From the NCBI RefSeq assembly GCF_963921235.1, contig NC_086097.1:217622001-217686000 (forward strand): 64,000 nt of DNA, in the 5' to 3' direction. Position numbers and translations under genes: made by a program. Origin of the DNA: Mobula hypostoma (taxonomy: Eukaryota). Positions 1 through 13,002 of this stretch are shown in pieces (the first letter of the stretch is position 1; each line of letters opens with the position of its first letter). A model generated the notes under the pieces. That model had not been told where the DNA came from and did not search any database. It saw only the letters and a list, made by a program, of their open reading frames with translations.

Positions 1-89
1 GCTTTATTATCACTGACATTTATAGTGAAACTTGTTGTTTTGTGACAGCAGTACAGTGCAAGGCATAAAAATTATGTTACAAAACTAAA

Positions 90-980
90 TAATTACTGCA
101 AAAGGGGTTCTCAGGTGATTTTCAGTATTGATTTCCAAAGGTTGTGAAGTTCCCAGAAGAAAGATTAAGTACTATTTCTCAAGTTTGCATTAGTCTCAGT
201 GGATCACTTGCAAATAGCTGCCAATGGATATCAGAGTGGGATGTAAAATAGAAGTATCAGAAAACAGGATGATCAGGATGACCTCTATGGACTGAATGGA
301 GGTACTCACGAAACTATCATCCAGTTTGAATTTGTTCCCCCCTCCCCCAATGTAGAGGAGAACATGTTTTAATTATCTAGTGAAATACATTAGACACGAG
401 GAAGAGTGAATGAATCTCAAGTGAAACATTCTTTGGACCCCTAGATTATGGGAAGAGTTTAGGTAAAAGAGCACATGTTGCATCTCCTGCATTTGCACAG
501 GAAAGCAAATCTGAAGGGAAATAGTTGGTGGTGATGGACCATCAGACCAGAATTACAATTGCAGAAGGAGAAGACGTTCCTGGTGGTGGAATTTGGTTGA
601 AGAAGATAGAAATTATGAAGGAGAATCCATCGAGTGCTGAGGTTGGTGAGGTAGAATGTGATATCAGTGGAATTTAATGTTTGCTTTAAATTGAAGGAAA
701 GGGCTAATGTCAGAAGAGTGGGAAATAGAGTGACCGTGTCAAGGGCTCTGTTGACTATGGTGAAGAGAAATCAATGATTAAACGGAAAAGAAGACATTTT
801 TGAGATACATTTGTGGAATGGAGAAATTGGAAGAATTCAGTGGAGCTAGTGTTGAAGAAGTATAATTCAGATAGCTGTTGGAGTCGGTAGACTTGTAATC
901 GATATTAACTGAAATGAAGACAGAAATGTCCAAAAAGGGAAAAGAGTTGGAGATAGACCATGTAAAAATAAGAGCCAAGG
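90..980 (-). mobile_element. Old degraded Penelope-like fragment
   Basis: FTWSISNSFPFLDISV...DYKSTDSNSYLNYTSS matches the young PLE protein in this window. Confidence 0.75.
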
Positions 981-1589
981 AAATGGAAACATTAACTGTT
1001 TCTGCAATGATCTGTGTACTTTCAGTATTTACTATTTTGTAGCACTTTCATTGTTACGTACCAAGCTGCACTTCTACTACAGCACATCTGTGATCAGATA
1101 ATGTGGCACAGATCAGAGTTTAAACTTAGTTTCTTCTGTGGCTTGATGATTCACTAGATCCTTCTACCCCACCCCCACCCTATCACTGGGAACATTGGTG
1201 TTGGGTTTGTTAAAGATCTAAAAGAACTGAATAGTTTGTTTCTAATTTTGATACCGTTGCATTGAGGTGGAGCCTAGCAGTAACCATAGGACACATGCTG
1301 TTTGCTATGATTATACTTGCTAAAAATAACATGAAATATCCCATGTTGTCTCCTTGCCAGTCCACAGACATACACTGTTCGTTTCTGCTTTACAGCATAA
1401 TTTCAACATTAATTTGTTACCTGAGAGAATGCTGTATCCCTGGCAGAAATGCTGTAATGCAGTGTTAGGAAAACTTGGCATGCTTCATACTGATTTAAAT
1501 CGCTTTAAGTGGGCTTGACACCAGTATAAAAATGTTTGTTTTACATGCCAATGTAACAAAACTAATTTTTTTTTATTGTTCCTATAAAG

Positions 1590-1827
1590 ATCAACCTTTC
1601 ATCAATGACAAATTCAAATATCTACTGTCTATCACGATGTCTTCACCCTGGAGATTTACAGCTGTTCTAGCTGATATCTTTGCTGCACAGATTGTCCCTC
1701 CAGGCACTTACAACATCCTTAAATTCAGCCTGCTGCTGAGTCTGGTTCAGACCTGCAGTAACAAAAAGAAATCCATTGAACACTTAGATCTTCTAATTGC
1801 CACAAGTGATCCAGTAACAGTGAACAG
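1590..1827 (+). CDS. MCMDC2: MCMDC2 internal coding exon (first one in window; upstream exons lie outside)
   Basis: Acceptor aag at 1587-1589, donor GTACAG at 1828. Translation (D)QPFINDKFKYLLSITMSSPWRFTAVLADIFAAQIVPPGTYNILKFSLLLSLVQT...LDLLIATSDPVTVN(R) resembles vertebrate MCMDC2 as recalled (WKFTAILANIFASQIVPPGTYNLLK). Ends in phase 2. Confidence 0.92.
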
Positions 1828-1869
1828 GTACAGTGTTCTTTAACTTATACAGTCTTTACATTCAAGAGG

Positions 1870-2470
1870 GTGTCCTCACTTAAAGTTACAATAACATGCA
1901 GGTACATGAACTGTTAGGATGACAAACAGCTTTATTAAGCTTTATTGCAAAAGAAGAATGAAAACATAGAAATATCTTGCTCCAATAATATAGAGCCTTG
2001 GTAAGAACGAATCTGAAAATACCGTGTACTGGTCTGGTTTCCCTACATCGCAAAAGTGGGAGTGGAGTTTAAATTTATCAGATTGTTTCCTGGGAAGCTG
2101 TACTGGTCGTGCAAAGAGAGATTATGTAAATTGAGTATTTATTTTCTTCTGTTTAGAATGAGTCATACCCTCATTGAAAGACACAGCATTTTTAAAGGCA
2201 AAAAGGGTTAATGTTTTCCCTGGAACCATCTCAATATGAGGAGTCAGCGAATAAGAACATGCGGAAATTTCTTAAGCCAGAAGGTCGCAAATATTTAGAA
2301 TTCTTTGCCAAGGAGCCTTTAGTACTCAAGATACTCAGTTAGTCAGGTTCCACAGTTTTTTTTAAATTTTAAGGGAATCAAGGTTCAGTGCATGAAAATG
2401 GAGTTGAGGTAAGAGATCAGCTATGACCTTACTGAATGTTGGAATGGACAAGAAGAGGTAAATGTCAAAC
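1870..2470 (+). mobile_element. Old CR1 3' fragment
   Basis: Degraded LYRALVR...LEY-type RT end and a CR1-like 3' UTR. Confidence 0.6.
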
Positions 2471-2589
2471 TTTTTCTTAAGCCGTTAAGCCCAGGAAATT
2501 GGATAAATTTCAGTGAGGCCACCTCTTCATTTTCTATACCTCAGATAATAAAGGCCCATTCTGAGTCTCTCCTTAACACATTTCAGAAA

Positions 2590-2960
2590 CATTGATTGTG
2601 TTGCATCTTAGCAAATGTAGTTCCAAGGGCAAGGAGACAAAAACAGTACATAGTACTCCAATTGTTTTTCTTTCAATGCCTTGCACTACAGATTTCCTTA
2701 CTGATAGACCCAAACTCCTCCTCCTCCCAAGCTTTGAAATACCACACATTTTTCTAATTTTCTCTGCTGCTTGTGCTGTAACTCATACCAGGTCCCATCT
2801 CTCACCAGTACTGAGCTCATTAATCTATGTCAACTTCCAAATAATCAACATCCCAGTTAGAAAATACACACTTGTTTTGAGATCCCTCATCCCCTATTAT
2901 CTCTCATTTCTGGCAATCCAATGATGTTTGGTGATATTAGTGCTCCTCCATTTCTAGGCA
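2590..2960 (+). mobile_element. Old L2-like LINE 3' fragment
   Basis: SAACAVTHTRSHLSPVLSSL resembles the L2 AARxLTxTxxHITPVLxxLHW motif. Confidence 0.5.
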
Positions 2961-3554
2961 CTTGAATATATTTGATTTTATATTCAAATATATGAATGGC
3001 TATAACTACTATGAATGGCTATAACTTCAGCTCCAAGTCCTTGAGTTTTGAAACTAATTGCCAAACTTACGTAGTTACCTATATTTTTTTTGCTAAGAGG
3101 CAACTTCAGAACTTAGTACTTCGACCATCTCTGGTCATTTACACGTCATGTTTTCTGCAAATAAATTCTTCTTGTAGCCTCTGCTGAGTCATCAACTTAT
3201 TTTTCTGACTAATTTTCCTGAAAACCTGATGCTGTCTTTTTACAGACTGTAAATAGTTGAAATCCAAGCACTGATGCGCCACACTTCCCTTGTTATATTG
3301 CATTATCAATTAAATAATGTCCATATTCCCATTTTAGTCTTTTGATAACTAATTCTAAATCCAAAGTAGTATATTGCTATAATCTCCAAATTTTGTTGAT
3401 AATCTATTGTATGGTATCTAAACAAACTATTTCTATACCAAATATATCTACTTGTTCCACTTCATCCATCCTTTTGATTATACACCTAAAACATATTGGA
3501 TCCCTGCTATTTCCAGACTATATTTCTGTCTTCTATTATAGATACAGGCATAAA

Positions 3555-4897
3555 ACGGTATTGGTGAGCTCAGCTCCTATGCTGAGTTCATCAATTTCAT
3601 CAACTTTGCCTCTAACTTCCACCCTGTCCTTAAGTTCACTTGATCCATTTCTGACACCTCCCTCCCCTTTTTCGATCTCTCTGTCTCCATCACTGCAGAC
3701 AAACTGTCAACCAAAATCTTTTATAAACCTACCAATTCTCACGGTTATGTTTGACTATACCTCTTCCCACCCTATCTCCTGTAAAAATGCTATTCCCTTT
3801 TCTCAGTTCCTTCGTGTCCACTATATCTGTTCCTAGGATGTGGTTTTCTTTTCCAAAACATCAGAGATGTCCTCCTCCTTCAAAGAACGGGTTTTCCCTT
3901 CCTCCAACATTGATGCTGCCCTCTCCCACATCTCCTCTATTTCCCAAACATCAGCACTCACCCCATTTTCCTGCCATCTTAACAGTGAGAGATCCTCTTG
4001 TCCTTACCTACCACCCCATGAGCCTCCACATCCAAATCATTCTCCACAACTTCTGGTATTTCCAAAGGGATCCTCCCATCAAGTATATCTTTACCCCCCC
4101 CACCCCCCACCCCCGCTTTCTGTAGGGATCATTCCCTCTGTGATTCCATTGTCCATTCATTCCTCCCCACTAATCTCCCTCCTGGCATATTACTGCAGGC
4201 AGCCAAAGTGCTACACCTGCCCATTCACCTCCATTCAGGGCTGCAGGCAATCCTATCAGGTGAGGCTGCTCTCCACCTGCAAATCTGTTGGGCTTGTCTA
4301 TTGTGTCTGGTGCTCTTGATGCAACCTCCTCTACACTGGTGAGACCTGTTGTAAATTGGTGAACCACATCATCAAGCACCTCCACTTCATCTGCCAAAAG
4401 CAGAACTTCTTGGTGGCCAGTCATTTTAATTCCAATTCCCATTCCAACATGTTGGTCTCTTGGGCCACCTTCGGTGTGGAGGAGCAACACCTATATCCTG
4501 TCTGGATAACCTCCTATCTGATGGCATGAATATTGATTTGTCCTTCCACTTTAGAAAAATCCTCTCCCTTCCCTCTTCTTCTAGTCCCCATTTTGACCTC
4601 TTACCTGTCTATCATTCCCCCCCCCAAGTCCCCTCCTTCTTCCCTTCTATGGTTCATTCTCCTTTCCTATCAGATTCCTTCCTCTCCAGCCCTTTTACCT
4701 TCCCTACCCACCTGGCTTCACCTGTCACCTTCTAGTTATCCTCCTCCCCGCTGCCCCCCCCCCACTTTTTATGCTGGCATCTTCCCTCTTCCTTTCCAGT
4801 CCTGAAGAAGTGTTTTAGCCCGAAGCATCAGCAGTTTATTAATTTCCATAGATGCTGCCTGACCTGCTGAGTTCCTCCAGCATTTTGTGTGCGTCGC
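3555..4897 (+). mobile_element. Penelope-like 3' fragment with terminal repeat
   Basis: SSHPISCKNAIPFSQFLR and LVYCVWCS; degenerate hammerhead at 4797-4834; end gatgctgcctgacctgctgagttcctccagc. Confidence 0.85.
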
Positions 4898-5344
4898 ATA
4901 AAATAGTATTTTTGTTTTACTTTTTCCTCATTTCCCATTATAATTTCTGTTGTTTTAAAATGTTGCGGATCTAAAATAATACAGAAGTTGATAGTTTCCC
5001 GATTGGTTATGGTGAGAAGGCAGGTGTACGGGGTTCATTGGGATCTGGGATCAGCCATGATGGAATGGTGAAGCAGACTGAATGGCCTAGTTCTGCTCCT
5101 GTCATATGGTCTAAAATAAAAACAGATCAAGTTTCATTAATTAATCTTGGTGGCATCGTTTATATGGAAGAAACGTCTCAGCTTGGTGTTGGTTTTCAAG
5201 TCATTAACCTGAAATTTTTAATTCTGTTTCTATCCTTATGGATACAGTACTGCTTGAAATGCTGAGTATCTCTGACACTTTTAGTGTTTTGCATCTGCTG
5301 TTGGATTACTATTGCTGTCAATTTCCTTCTAGGAGTTCTTTTTT

Positions 5345-5617
5345 TAAATTTTATTTAAAGCTACAGTATGTAACAGGCCCTTCTGGCCAAATGCACTGCA
5401 CCACCCAGACACCCACTTATTTAGTCCTAGCCTAATCACAGGTCGATTTACAATGACCAGTTAACCTACTAGCGTTTTTGGACTATGGGAGGAAAGCAGA
5501 GCACCTGGGGGAAACACACACGAGGAATGTACAAACTTTCTTCCAGAGGACACTGGAATGAACTCCTAGCTCCATTGCCCTAAGTTGTAATAGCATTGTG
5601 CTAACTGCTATGCTACC
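5345..5617 (-). mobile_element. tRNA-derived V-SINE-like element
   Basis: V-domain-like GGGAGGAAAGCAGAGCACCTGGGGGAAACAC on the + strand; tRNA-like head GGTAGCATAGCAGTTAGCAC on the - strand. Confidence 0.65.
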
Positions 5618-6074
5618 TGAACAAGTTCTGCAGTTCTAATGAACAGCCACTGACCTTTCACTTAGCTTTGTTCCTGCTTAGATGCTGCTTGATTCCCAGC
5701 ATTTTCCTTTTTTATTTTCATATAGTCTTACTTTGCTTTCAGGAATCTCTTCCAGTATTTTCAGGAGGCTTAAAATCTGTTCTTTTGCTTGCACTCATAT
5801 TAGCTGCTTTCACAATTTCCCTATCCATATACAAAATTTATCCTAGAGTATTTGGTTTCCAAGCAGTAGATCTCAACATATCCTACTGCATCACATTTAC
5901 TTGAAAGTAAACTGTTTAACTTTTATGGAAGCTTCATTTTGCTAGGTCATCTTTCATTTTAATCACATTGTTATTGGCATAGCATTAATTACTAATAGTT
6001 TTGTAATACCCTTGCTAAATTTTCTATTGCTTCCCAATATATTGTACTTTATAATTCATAAATTTAATCTACTT

Positions 6075-7135
6075 AGAACATAGAATAGTACAGCACAGTA
6101 CAGGCCCTTCAGCCCACAATGTTGTGCTGACCCTCAAACCCTGCCTCCCATATAACGCCCCCCCACCTTAAATTCCTCTATATACCTATCAGTCTCTTAA
6201 ATTTCACTGGTGTATCTGCCTCCACCACTGACTCAGGCAGTGCATTCCACGCACCAACCACTCTCTGAGTAAAAAACCTTCCTCTAATATCCCCCTTGAA
6301 CTTCCCACCCCTTACCTTAAAGCCATGTCCTCTTGTATTGAGCAGTGGTACCCTGGGGAAGAGGCGCTGGCTATCCACTCTATCTATTCCTCTTAATATC
6401 TTGTACACCTCTATCATGTCTCCTCTCATCCTCCTCCCAAAGAGTAAAGCCCTAGCTCCCTTAATCTCTGATCATAATCCATACTCTCTAAACTAGGCAG
6501 CATCCTGGTAAATCTTCTCTGTACTCTTTCCAATGCTTCCACATCCTTCCTATAATGAGGCAACCAGAACTGGACACAGTACTCCAAGTGTGGCCTAACC
6601 AGAGTTTTATAGAGCTGCACCATTACATCGCAACTCTTACTCTATCCCTCGACTTATGAAGGCTAACACCCCATAAGCTTTCTTAACTACCCTATCTACC
6701 TGTGAGGCAACTTTCAGGGATCTGTGGACATGTACTCCCAGATCCCTCTGCTCCTCCACACTACCAAGTATCCTGCCATTTACTTTGTACTCTGCCTTGG
6801 AGTTCGTCCTTCCAAAGTGTACTACCTCACACTTCTCTGGGTTGAACGCCATCTGCCACTTCTCAACCTACTTCTGCATCCTATCAATGTCTCTCTGCAA
6901 TCTTCGACAATCCTCTACACTATCTACAACACCACCAACCTTTGTGTCATCTGCAAACTTGCCAACCCATCCTTCTACCCCCACATCCAGGTCATTAATA
7001 AAAATAACGAAAAGTAGAGGTCCCAGAACCGATCCTTGTGGGACACCACTAGTCAAACAATCATCCAATCTGAATGTACTCCCTCAAACACGACCCTCTG
7101 CCTTCTGCAGGCAAGGCAATTCTGAATCCACTAAC
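6075..7135 (-). mobile_element. 5'-truncated CR1
   Basis: [14 protein letters not shown] pieces with frameshifts; TTCTATGTTCT tail. Confidence 0.92.
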
Positions 7136-7189
7136 ATCAACTTTTTTTTTTAGAACTTAAGTTTATCATTAGAATTAATCCTAATGACC

Positions 7190-9280
7190 CCAAGACATGG
7201 GAGCAGAACTAGGTCATTTGGACCATTTGATCATGGCTGATTTATATTCCCTCTCAATCTATTGTACTGTACTTACACCCTTGCTAATCAAGAATTGATC
7301 AACCTCTGTTTTAAATGTACCCAATGACTTGGCCTGTACAGCCATCTGTGGCAATGAACTCCAGATTCACTGCACTCTAGCTGAAGGAATTCTTCCTCAT
7401 CTCAGTTCTATCTGAGGCTGTGCCTCTGAGTATTAGAAACACCCTCTTTACGTCCGTTCTATCTGACGCCTTCTGCTGGTGGAGGTCGAACATGGATATT
7501 GAGTCCTAGCTGCCTACATTACACGCAAGCCAAGCCAGTACAATATGGAGAGCAAGCTGTCCTCCATGTAACAGGCTTCCCCTTTGCACGAGCTGATGAA
7601 TCTGGAGGAATGGCAGAAACTGATACAGTTAGGCACCAGCGACGTCACAGAAGTTGCCACTTAGCATTGAACTCAATGTAGGACTCTTACTCCAGCTCTG
7701 AATTTTTTCCTCGAGGTTTACTCCCAGAGCCTTCCCCATGAGGGGTGTAGACACAAGGCAGTGGAGGTTTGAGATCAGAGTTTTCCTTCTCGATCAGCTG
7801 CCAACCATGGCTGATGAACCCCAACTGCCAAAAGCGACTGGTTTTAAAGCACCAGTAACCAGCCTTTGTCCCTTCTCCTGTCAGTAGAAATGCTTCCAAT
7901 GGACTTTGTAGCTAAGCCACACGTGAAGGCCAGGAGCTGGATTGGGTTGTCAGAGACACATGCCATTGGGAGCATTTAATAGGCAGTGGGAGCTTGTCCC
8001 CACTACCCCCTGGCTATGACAACCTCAAAGAACCTTCTATCGAGTCTATCACTCTATCTAATCCTTTCAATACTTGGTAGGTTTTATTGTTTCCCCTCTT
8101 TCTTCTAAACTCTATCGAGTATAGGCCCAGAGCCAACACATGCTCTTTCATCCCCGAGATCACACACATAAACCTCTGGACTCTCTCCAATGGCAACATG
8201 TCCTTCCTTAGATATGGAGCCTGAAACTGTTAACAATACTCCAAATGTGGTCTGACCAATGCATTATAAAGCCTCGGTATTACATCCTTTTTTTTTGCTT
8301 TTATATTCTAGCTATTTTCGAACTTTGTATTTGCCGCCTTTAGTACTGACTAAACCTGCAAGTTATCCTTTAGGGAATCCCTGGTTCCTCAATACTAGCC
8401 CCTCCACCTGTCTTTGAATTATCTACAAACTTGGCCATATAGCTGTCCATCATCCAGATCATTAACATGAAAAGCAGCAGACTCAGCACAGACCCCAGTG
8501 GAATACTACCACTGCCAACCAAAAACAGCCCACTTCACTCCGACTCTTTCTTTGCCTTCTACTAGTCAGCTAATCTTCTAACCATACTAGTATTTTTGCT
8601 GGAACATTATGGGCTCATATCTTGCTTAGCATCCTCATGTGCAACACTTCATAAAAGGCCTTCTGTAAATTCAAGTATACAACATCGACTGACTCTTCTT
8701 TGTCTATCCTACCTGTTACTTCCTCAAAGAAATTCAACAGATACCATACCATACTGACTTTGCTCTATTTTGTCATGTGCTTCCAAGTATTTTGAAACGT
8801 CATTCTTATTCATGAACTTTGAAATCTTACCAACCACTGAAGTCAGGCTAACCAGTCTGTAATTTCCTGTCTTTTGCCTCCCTCCCTTCTTAAAGAGTGC
8901 AGTGACATTTCTGATTTTTCAGTCTTCTGGGACCATTTCTGACTCTAGTGAGTCTTGAAAGATCACTACTAATGCCTCTTTCAAAACCTTGGGGTGAAGT
9001 CTCTTTGACTTATCCAATGTCAGACCATTCAGCTTGCCAAGTACCCTCTGACAGTAATAGTGACCTCCTAACACATTTAAATTTCTGGCATGTTGCTGGT
9101 GTCTTCCACAGCAAAGACTGACACAAAATACTTATTCAGTTCATCTGCCATTTCTTGTTTCCCATTACTAGTTCTCGAGTTTTGTTTTTCAGCAGTGTCC
9201 AGTGTCCACTCTTGCATCTTTTCTACTCTTTGTCTACCTGAAAAAAATACTGGTATCCTCCTTCATATTATTTTACCCTA
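7190..9280 (-). mobile_element. Old CR1 fragment interrupted by an RTE-like insert
   Basis: CR1 3' end at 7190-7465 continues at ~8030 through degraded RT sequence. Confidence 0.75.
7466..8025 (+). mobile_element. RTE-clade 5'-UTR-like sequence
   Basis: GGAGAGCAAGCTGT...GATACAGTTAGGCACCAGCGACGTCACAGAAGTTGCC...TTCCTCGAGGTTTACTCC resembles vertebrate RTE 5' regions as recalled. Confidence 0.55.
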
Positions 9281-11094
9281 CTACTTCAATGTGGTGACAC
9301 TGTTGGTACTATGAATCAAGCTGGAATTCCATGTCCTATGTCTTCTGTGAGTTCTCCCTCATCTACATCCTGGAATATCAAGATGCTGGATATTGGATCT
9401 TTGAAATATGAATTTTTAACAACCATTTCCAGGCACAGACCATCAGTGAATGTCTGTGGCTCCATAACAGCCACATATTGTAGGATAAATATTCCTTGTG
9501 ATTTAGAAAACCAATGAGGCCATATTCAGAAACACGCTAAACTGATAGGAAGGATGCTTGACAGACAAATCTAATTCCCTACATATTTTGGCTGTTGTTA
9601 TGGGAAGTTCATATAACACAATCCTGGCAAACAATCTGGCAGCCTCGTGCCTTATGTATTTATGCACAGCAGATTACAAGACACTTAATAGTTCAGGCAG
9701 ACCCCAGAAGGAATCAGGCAAAAAAAAGGTCAATGCTAATCAGTGGTATTACCTGATTAGCAGGTTTCCTCCCAGGAGACTGAAGAACTCGAATTTCTCT
9801 ACCTGATATGATAGCTACAGCCTCAGGTCTATTGCTTTTCTGGAAGTGAAGGTCGGTGAGCCTTTGTAAATCCTTTGGTTATGCTTTCTTTCCTTTGCAT
9901 CTCCCTCTTATGAAGCTCGTTTGTGTCCTCTTACTGTTTGCACCACAGTACATCACTGCTGCTGGTTATGGACTTCTTTTAGTGTGCAGTGAAGACAGAA
10001 CTCCAGTGCTCTTCAGTCCCAGCCGTGTCAGTTTGAAAATTCACAAACTGAAAAATAAAGCTGTTTCCATACAATAACTCCCTGCCAAATATTTGCCAAA
10101 AGAATTTGAGCCATAAGTTGCAATGAATGATTATTTATTCAAATGGAGCATTAACAAGTTCAAACTTGCGAGCTTCTCATTGTTCAGTATTATTGGTATA
10201 AACCCATGGGAAGTTGATGATAAGTTGAAACCAAGGTTAAGTTTGGTTTTAAAACAGCGTATTAGCGTGGTGATCCTTGATACTCCAAATGCTGGAATCT
10301 GCAGCAAAGAAACTTCTGGAGGATCTCAGCAAGTCGAGCAGCATCTGTGTGGGAGAAAGGAATTTCAGGTTGAGACTCTATGTCACGACAGAGAGCGTAG
10401 CCAGTATAAAGGGAAAAGGCGAAGCAGGGCTGGTAGGTGATAGGTGGACTGAAATAGATTAAGGGAGGATGGGCAGAGGGAAGGTTTGCAGTTGGGAATC
10501 AAAACATTGACTATATCCCTCCATGTCGGACGTTGAGTTTCTCCAGCAGATTTTTTTAAAAATAATTCACCTTATTACCATTGCATGATTCATTCCAGGC
10601 TACTATAAAAGCTATTAGGAGTCTGATATAGATAACTTCACAAGGCAACAAATGATTTGTTTGCCAGAAATTTGGATACTACTGCAAGAAGCAACTAAAC
10701 AAAACTGTTACTTGAGAATGAAAACTGTCTGAAAACAAAATTTGTGTCCATCATGAACAATGGTTGAGCGGAATCTTGCAAGGTAGCGATCAGAATAGAA
10801 AAAATACGCTGATGGCGTTAAAGTTGAATGGAAGAAGTTAAATTGAGACCTATAGATCTGTTGGGCAAAATATCCTATTTCAGTGTTTAAACTCTGCAAG
10901 GAAGTACAAAAAAGTTATGAGAAACCTCAAATTGGTATAAATATTTGTGAACTCTTTTATTTTAAATTAGGCAAAGCTCTGCTTTCAGTCAATTTTGCTC
11001 CCATACAGATTCTCTTGAGATAAGATTGCTTTTGATTGATATAAAAAGTGGTAGTGCTGAAATACTCTGCAGGTTGAGTAGCATTCTGGCCAGT

Positions 11095-11460
11095 GACTGA
11101 AGTTTAAGTTGTGTTCATTGTCAAATGCACAAGTACGCGTAGGCACAGGTGAAATGAAAAACCACTTGCACCAGCATCACAGGTACACAGTATCAAATAA
11201 GCATCATTCTCAAGAGCAAACATAAGTTAATCACAAATTATACACAAGTTTTACAAGAAACACAATTGGAACAAAAAGTCCATTTTACTGCAAGATGATC
11301 AAAATGTTGCTAAACTAGTGGTAAGGGTTTTGCTGGATGATTTAGAAACAGGATGGTTGAAAGAAAATAGCCGTTCTTGAACCTAGGTCTGTAGTGTTGG
11401 ACCTCAGGCTTCTGTATCTCCTGCCCGATGGGAGCTGTGAAAAGACGGTATCATCAGGGA
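11095..11460 (-). mobile_element. Rex1/Babar-like 3' fragment
   Basis: Shares ggcttctgtatctcctgcccgatgg-type 3' sequence with 32475-33350 and 49540-50345. Confidence 0.6.
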
Positions 11461-11754
11461 GGGGGAGCAAAACTTTTGGAGCCATCTAGTTAATAGGTTA
11501 CTGAGGGAAGTCCAGGAGAATCAAAATTAACAGATCATGTTGCACCTGTCAAAGATTGTTGCTGGAAATCTGAAATGAAAAAGAATGCTGAAAATACCCA
11601 GTAGATCCAGCATCATTTGCAGAGAGAGATAGAAACTGAGTTAAAATGGATAGTTTTACATCAGAATATGTCAGTTAAAAGCAGGAAAGGCTGAAATTAT
11701 CTGAAATTAATGCACTGCAACATGCCAAGATGAAATATGAACTGGTTACTTTAG

Positions 11755-12745
11755 GCAACACACACAAAATGCAGGAGGAATTCAGCAGGCCAGGCACATT
11801 TTGGGCCGAGACCAGTAAAAGGGATGGGTAGCCTCCAATTGGATGGCATGAACATGGATTTCTCAAACTTCCAGTAATGCCCCCCTCCTTCACCATTCCC
11901 CATCCTCTTTTTCCTCTCTCACCTTATCTCCTAGCCTGCCCATCACCTCCCTCTGGTACTCCTCCCCCCTTTTCTTTCCTTCATGTCCTCTCCGATTAGA
12001 TTCCCCCTTCTCCAGCTCTGTATCTCTTAAACCAATCAACTTCCCAGCTCTTTAGTTCCAACGGTCAAGAAGGCGGTCTCTGCAAGCATCGTGGAATGTA
12101 TAGAGCAGGACAAGACACAGTTGACATCCTGGTCATCCACTGCGCCTAGTCCCATCTCCAGCTATCTCGACTCGTCTTGCCACTGGATCCAGATGGGAAC
12201 TGGGAAGAGAGTGAGGCTGACGCTGCGCAACTCTCCCTCACTTAAATCCAAATCAAGCGCTAGTCTCGACACCATCACCGGCTGGTGGCACAGTGACATC
12301 AGCGCCGGACTCCGGGAGCGAAGGTTCCCGAGTTCGAATCTAGTTAAGCCGCTCCTGGGCATGCTTTCCATCTGTGCCAGGTTGAGTGTCGAGCTAGCAA
12401 CTCGTCCTTGTAAAAAGTACTAATGGTGTCGAGGTCTTCATCGATGACGATGGACGAACCTTATGAGATTCCCCCTTCTCCAACTCTGTATCTCTTTCAC
12501 CAATCAACTTCCCAGCTCTTTACTTCACTCCTCCCCCTCCCAGTGTCACCTATCACCTTGTGTTTCTCCCTCCCCCCCCACCACCTTTTAACTCTACCCT
12601 TCATCTTTTTTTCTCCAGTCCTGCTGCAGAGTCACGGCCCCAAATGTTGACTGTACTCTTTTCCATAGATGCTGCCTAGCCTCTTGAGTTCCTCCAGCAT
12701 ATTGTGTGTGTTGCTTGGATTTCCAGCATCTGCAGGTTTGTCTAC
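11755..12745. mobile_element. Penelope-derived element with inverted termini, hosting an RTE/SINE insert
   Basis: Left gcaacacacacaaaatgcaggaggaattcagcagg is the reverse complement of right gagttcctccagcatattgtgtgtgttgc. Confidence 0.75.
12055..12465 (+). mobile_element. RTE-like 3' fragment containing a tRNA-derived SINE (~12278-12416)
   Basis: Flanked by a 57-bp direct repeat. The SINE has an A-box-like TGGCACAGTG and B box GAGTTCGAATC. Confidence 0.65.
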
Positions 12746-13002
12746 TTTGGGCTTCATTGCAACACTGAAAGAAACTAAAGGCAAAGATGGAGTGGGATGC
12801 GCAATTAAACAGAAGCTCAGTGTTATTTGTGTAGACTGAATTGAGGTATTCTGCAAAGGGGTTACCAAAGTTGCACTTATTTTCTCCAGTGTAGAGACAA
12901 TACAGCATGCAATACTGACTGAAGTGAAAGTGTATTTTTATCTCATCCGCAAGGTGTGTTTGGGTTTGTGGATGGTAGGTAAAAAAGTAGATGTTGCTTT
13001 CA

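Noticed and set aside
7593..7631. CTGATGA...GAAAC hammerhead-like core in the RTE-like 5' region
   Set aside because: Stem II does not close next to the cores and no stem I pairing is present. An HDV-like fold could not be completed by eye either.
12278..12345. tRNA-like A/B boxes (also ~43520-43595)
   Set aside because: No full cloverleaf, and followed by a shared SINE body; these are SINE heads, not tRNA genes.
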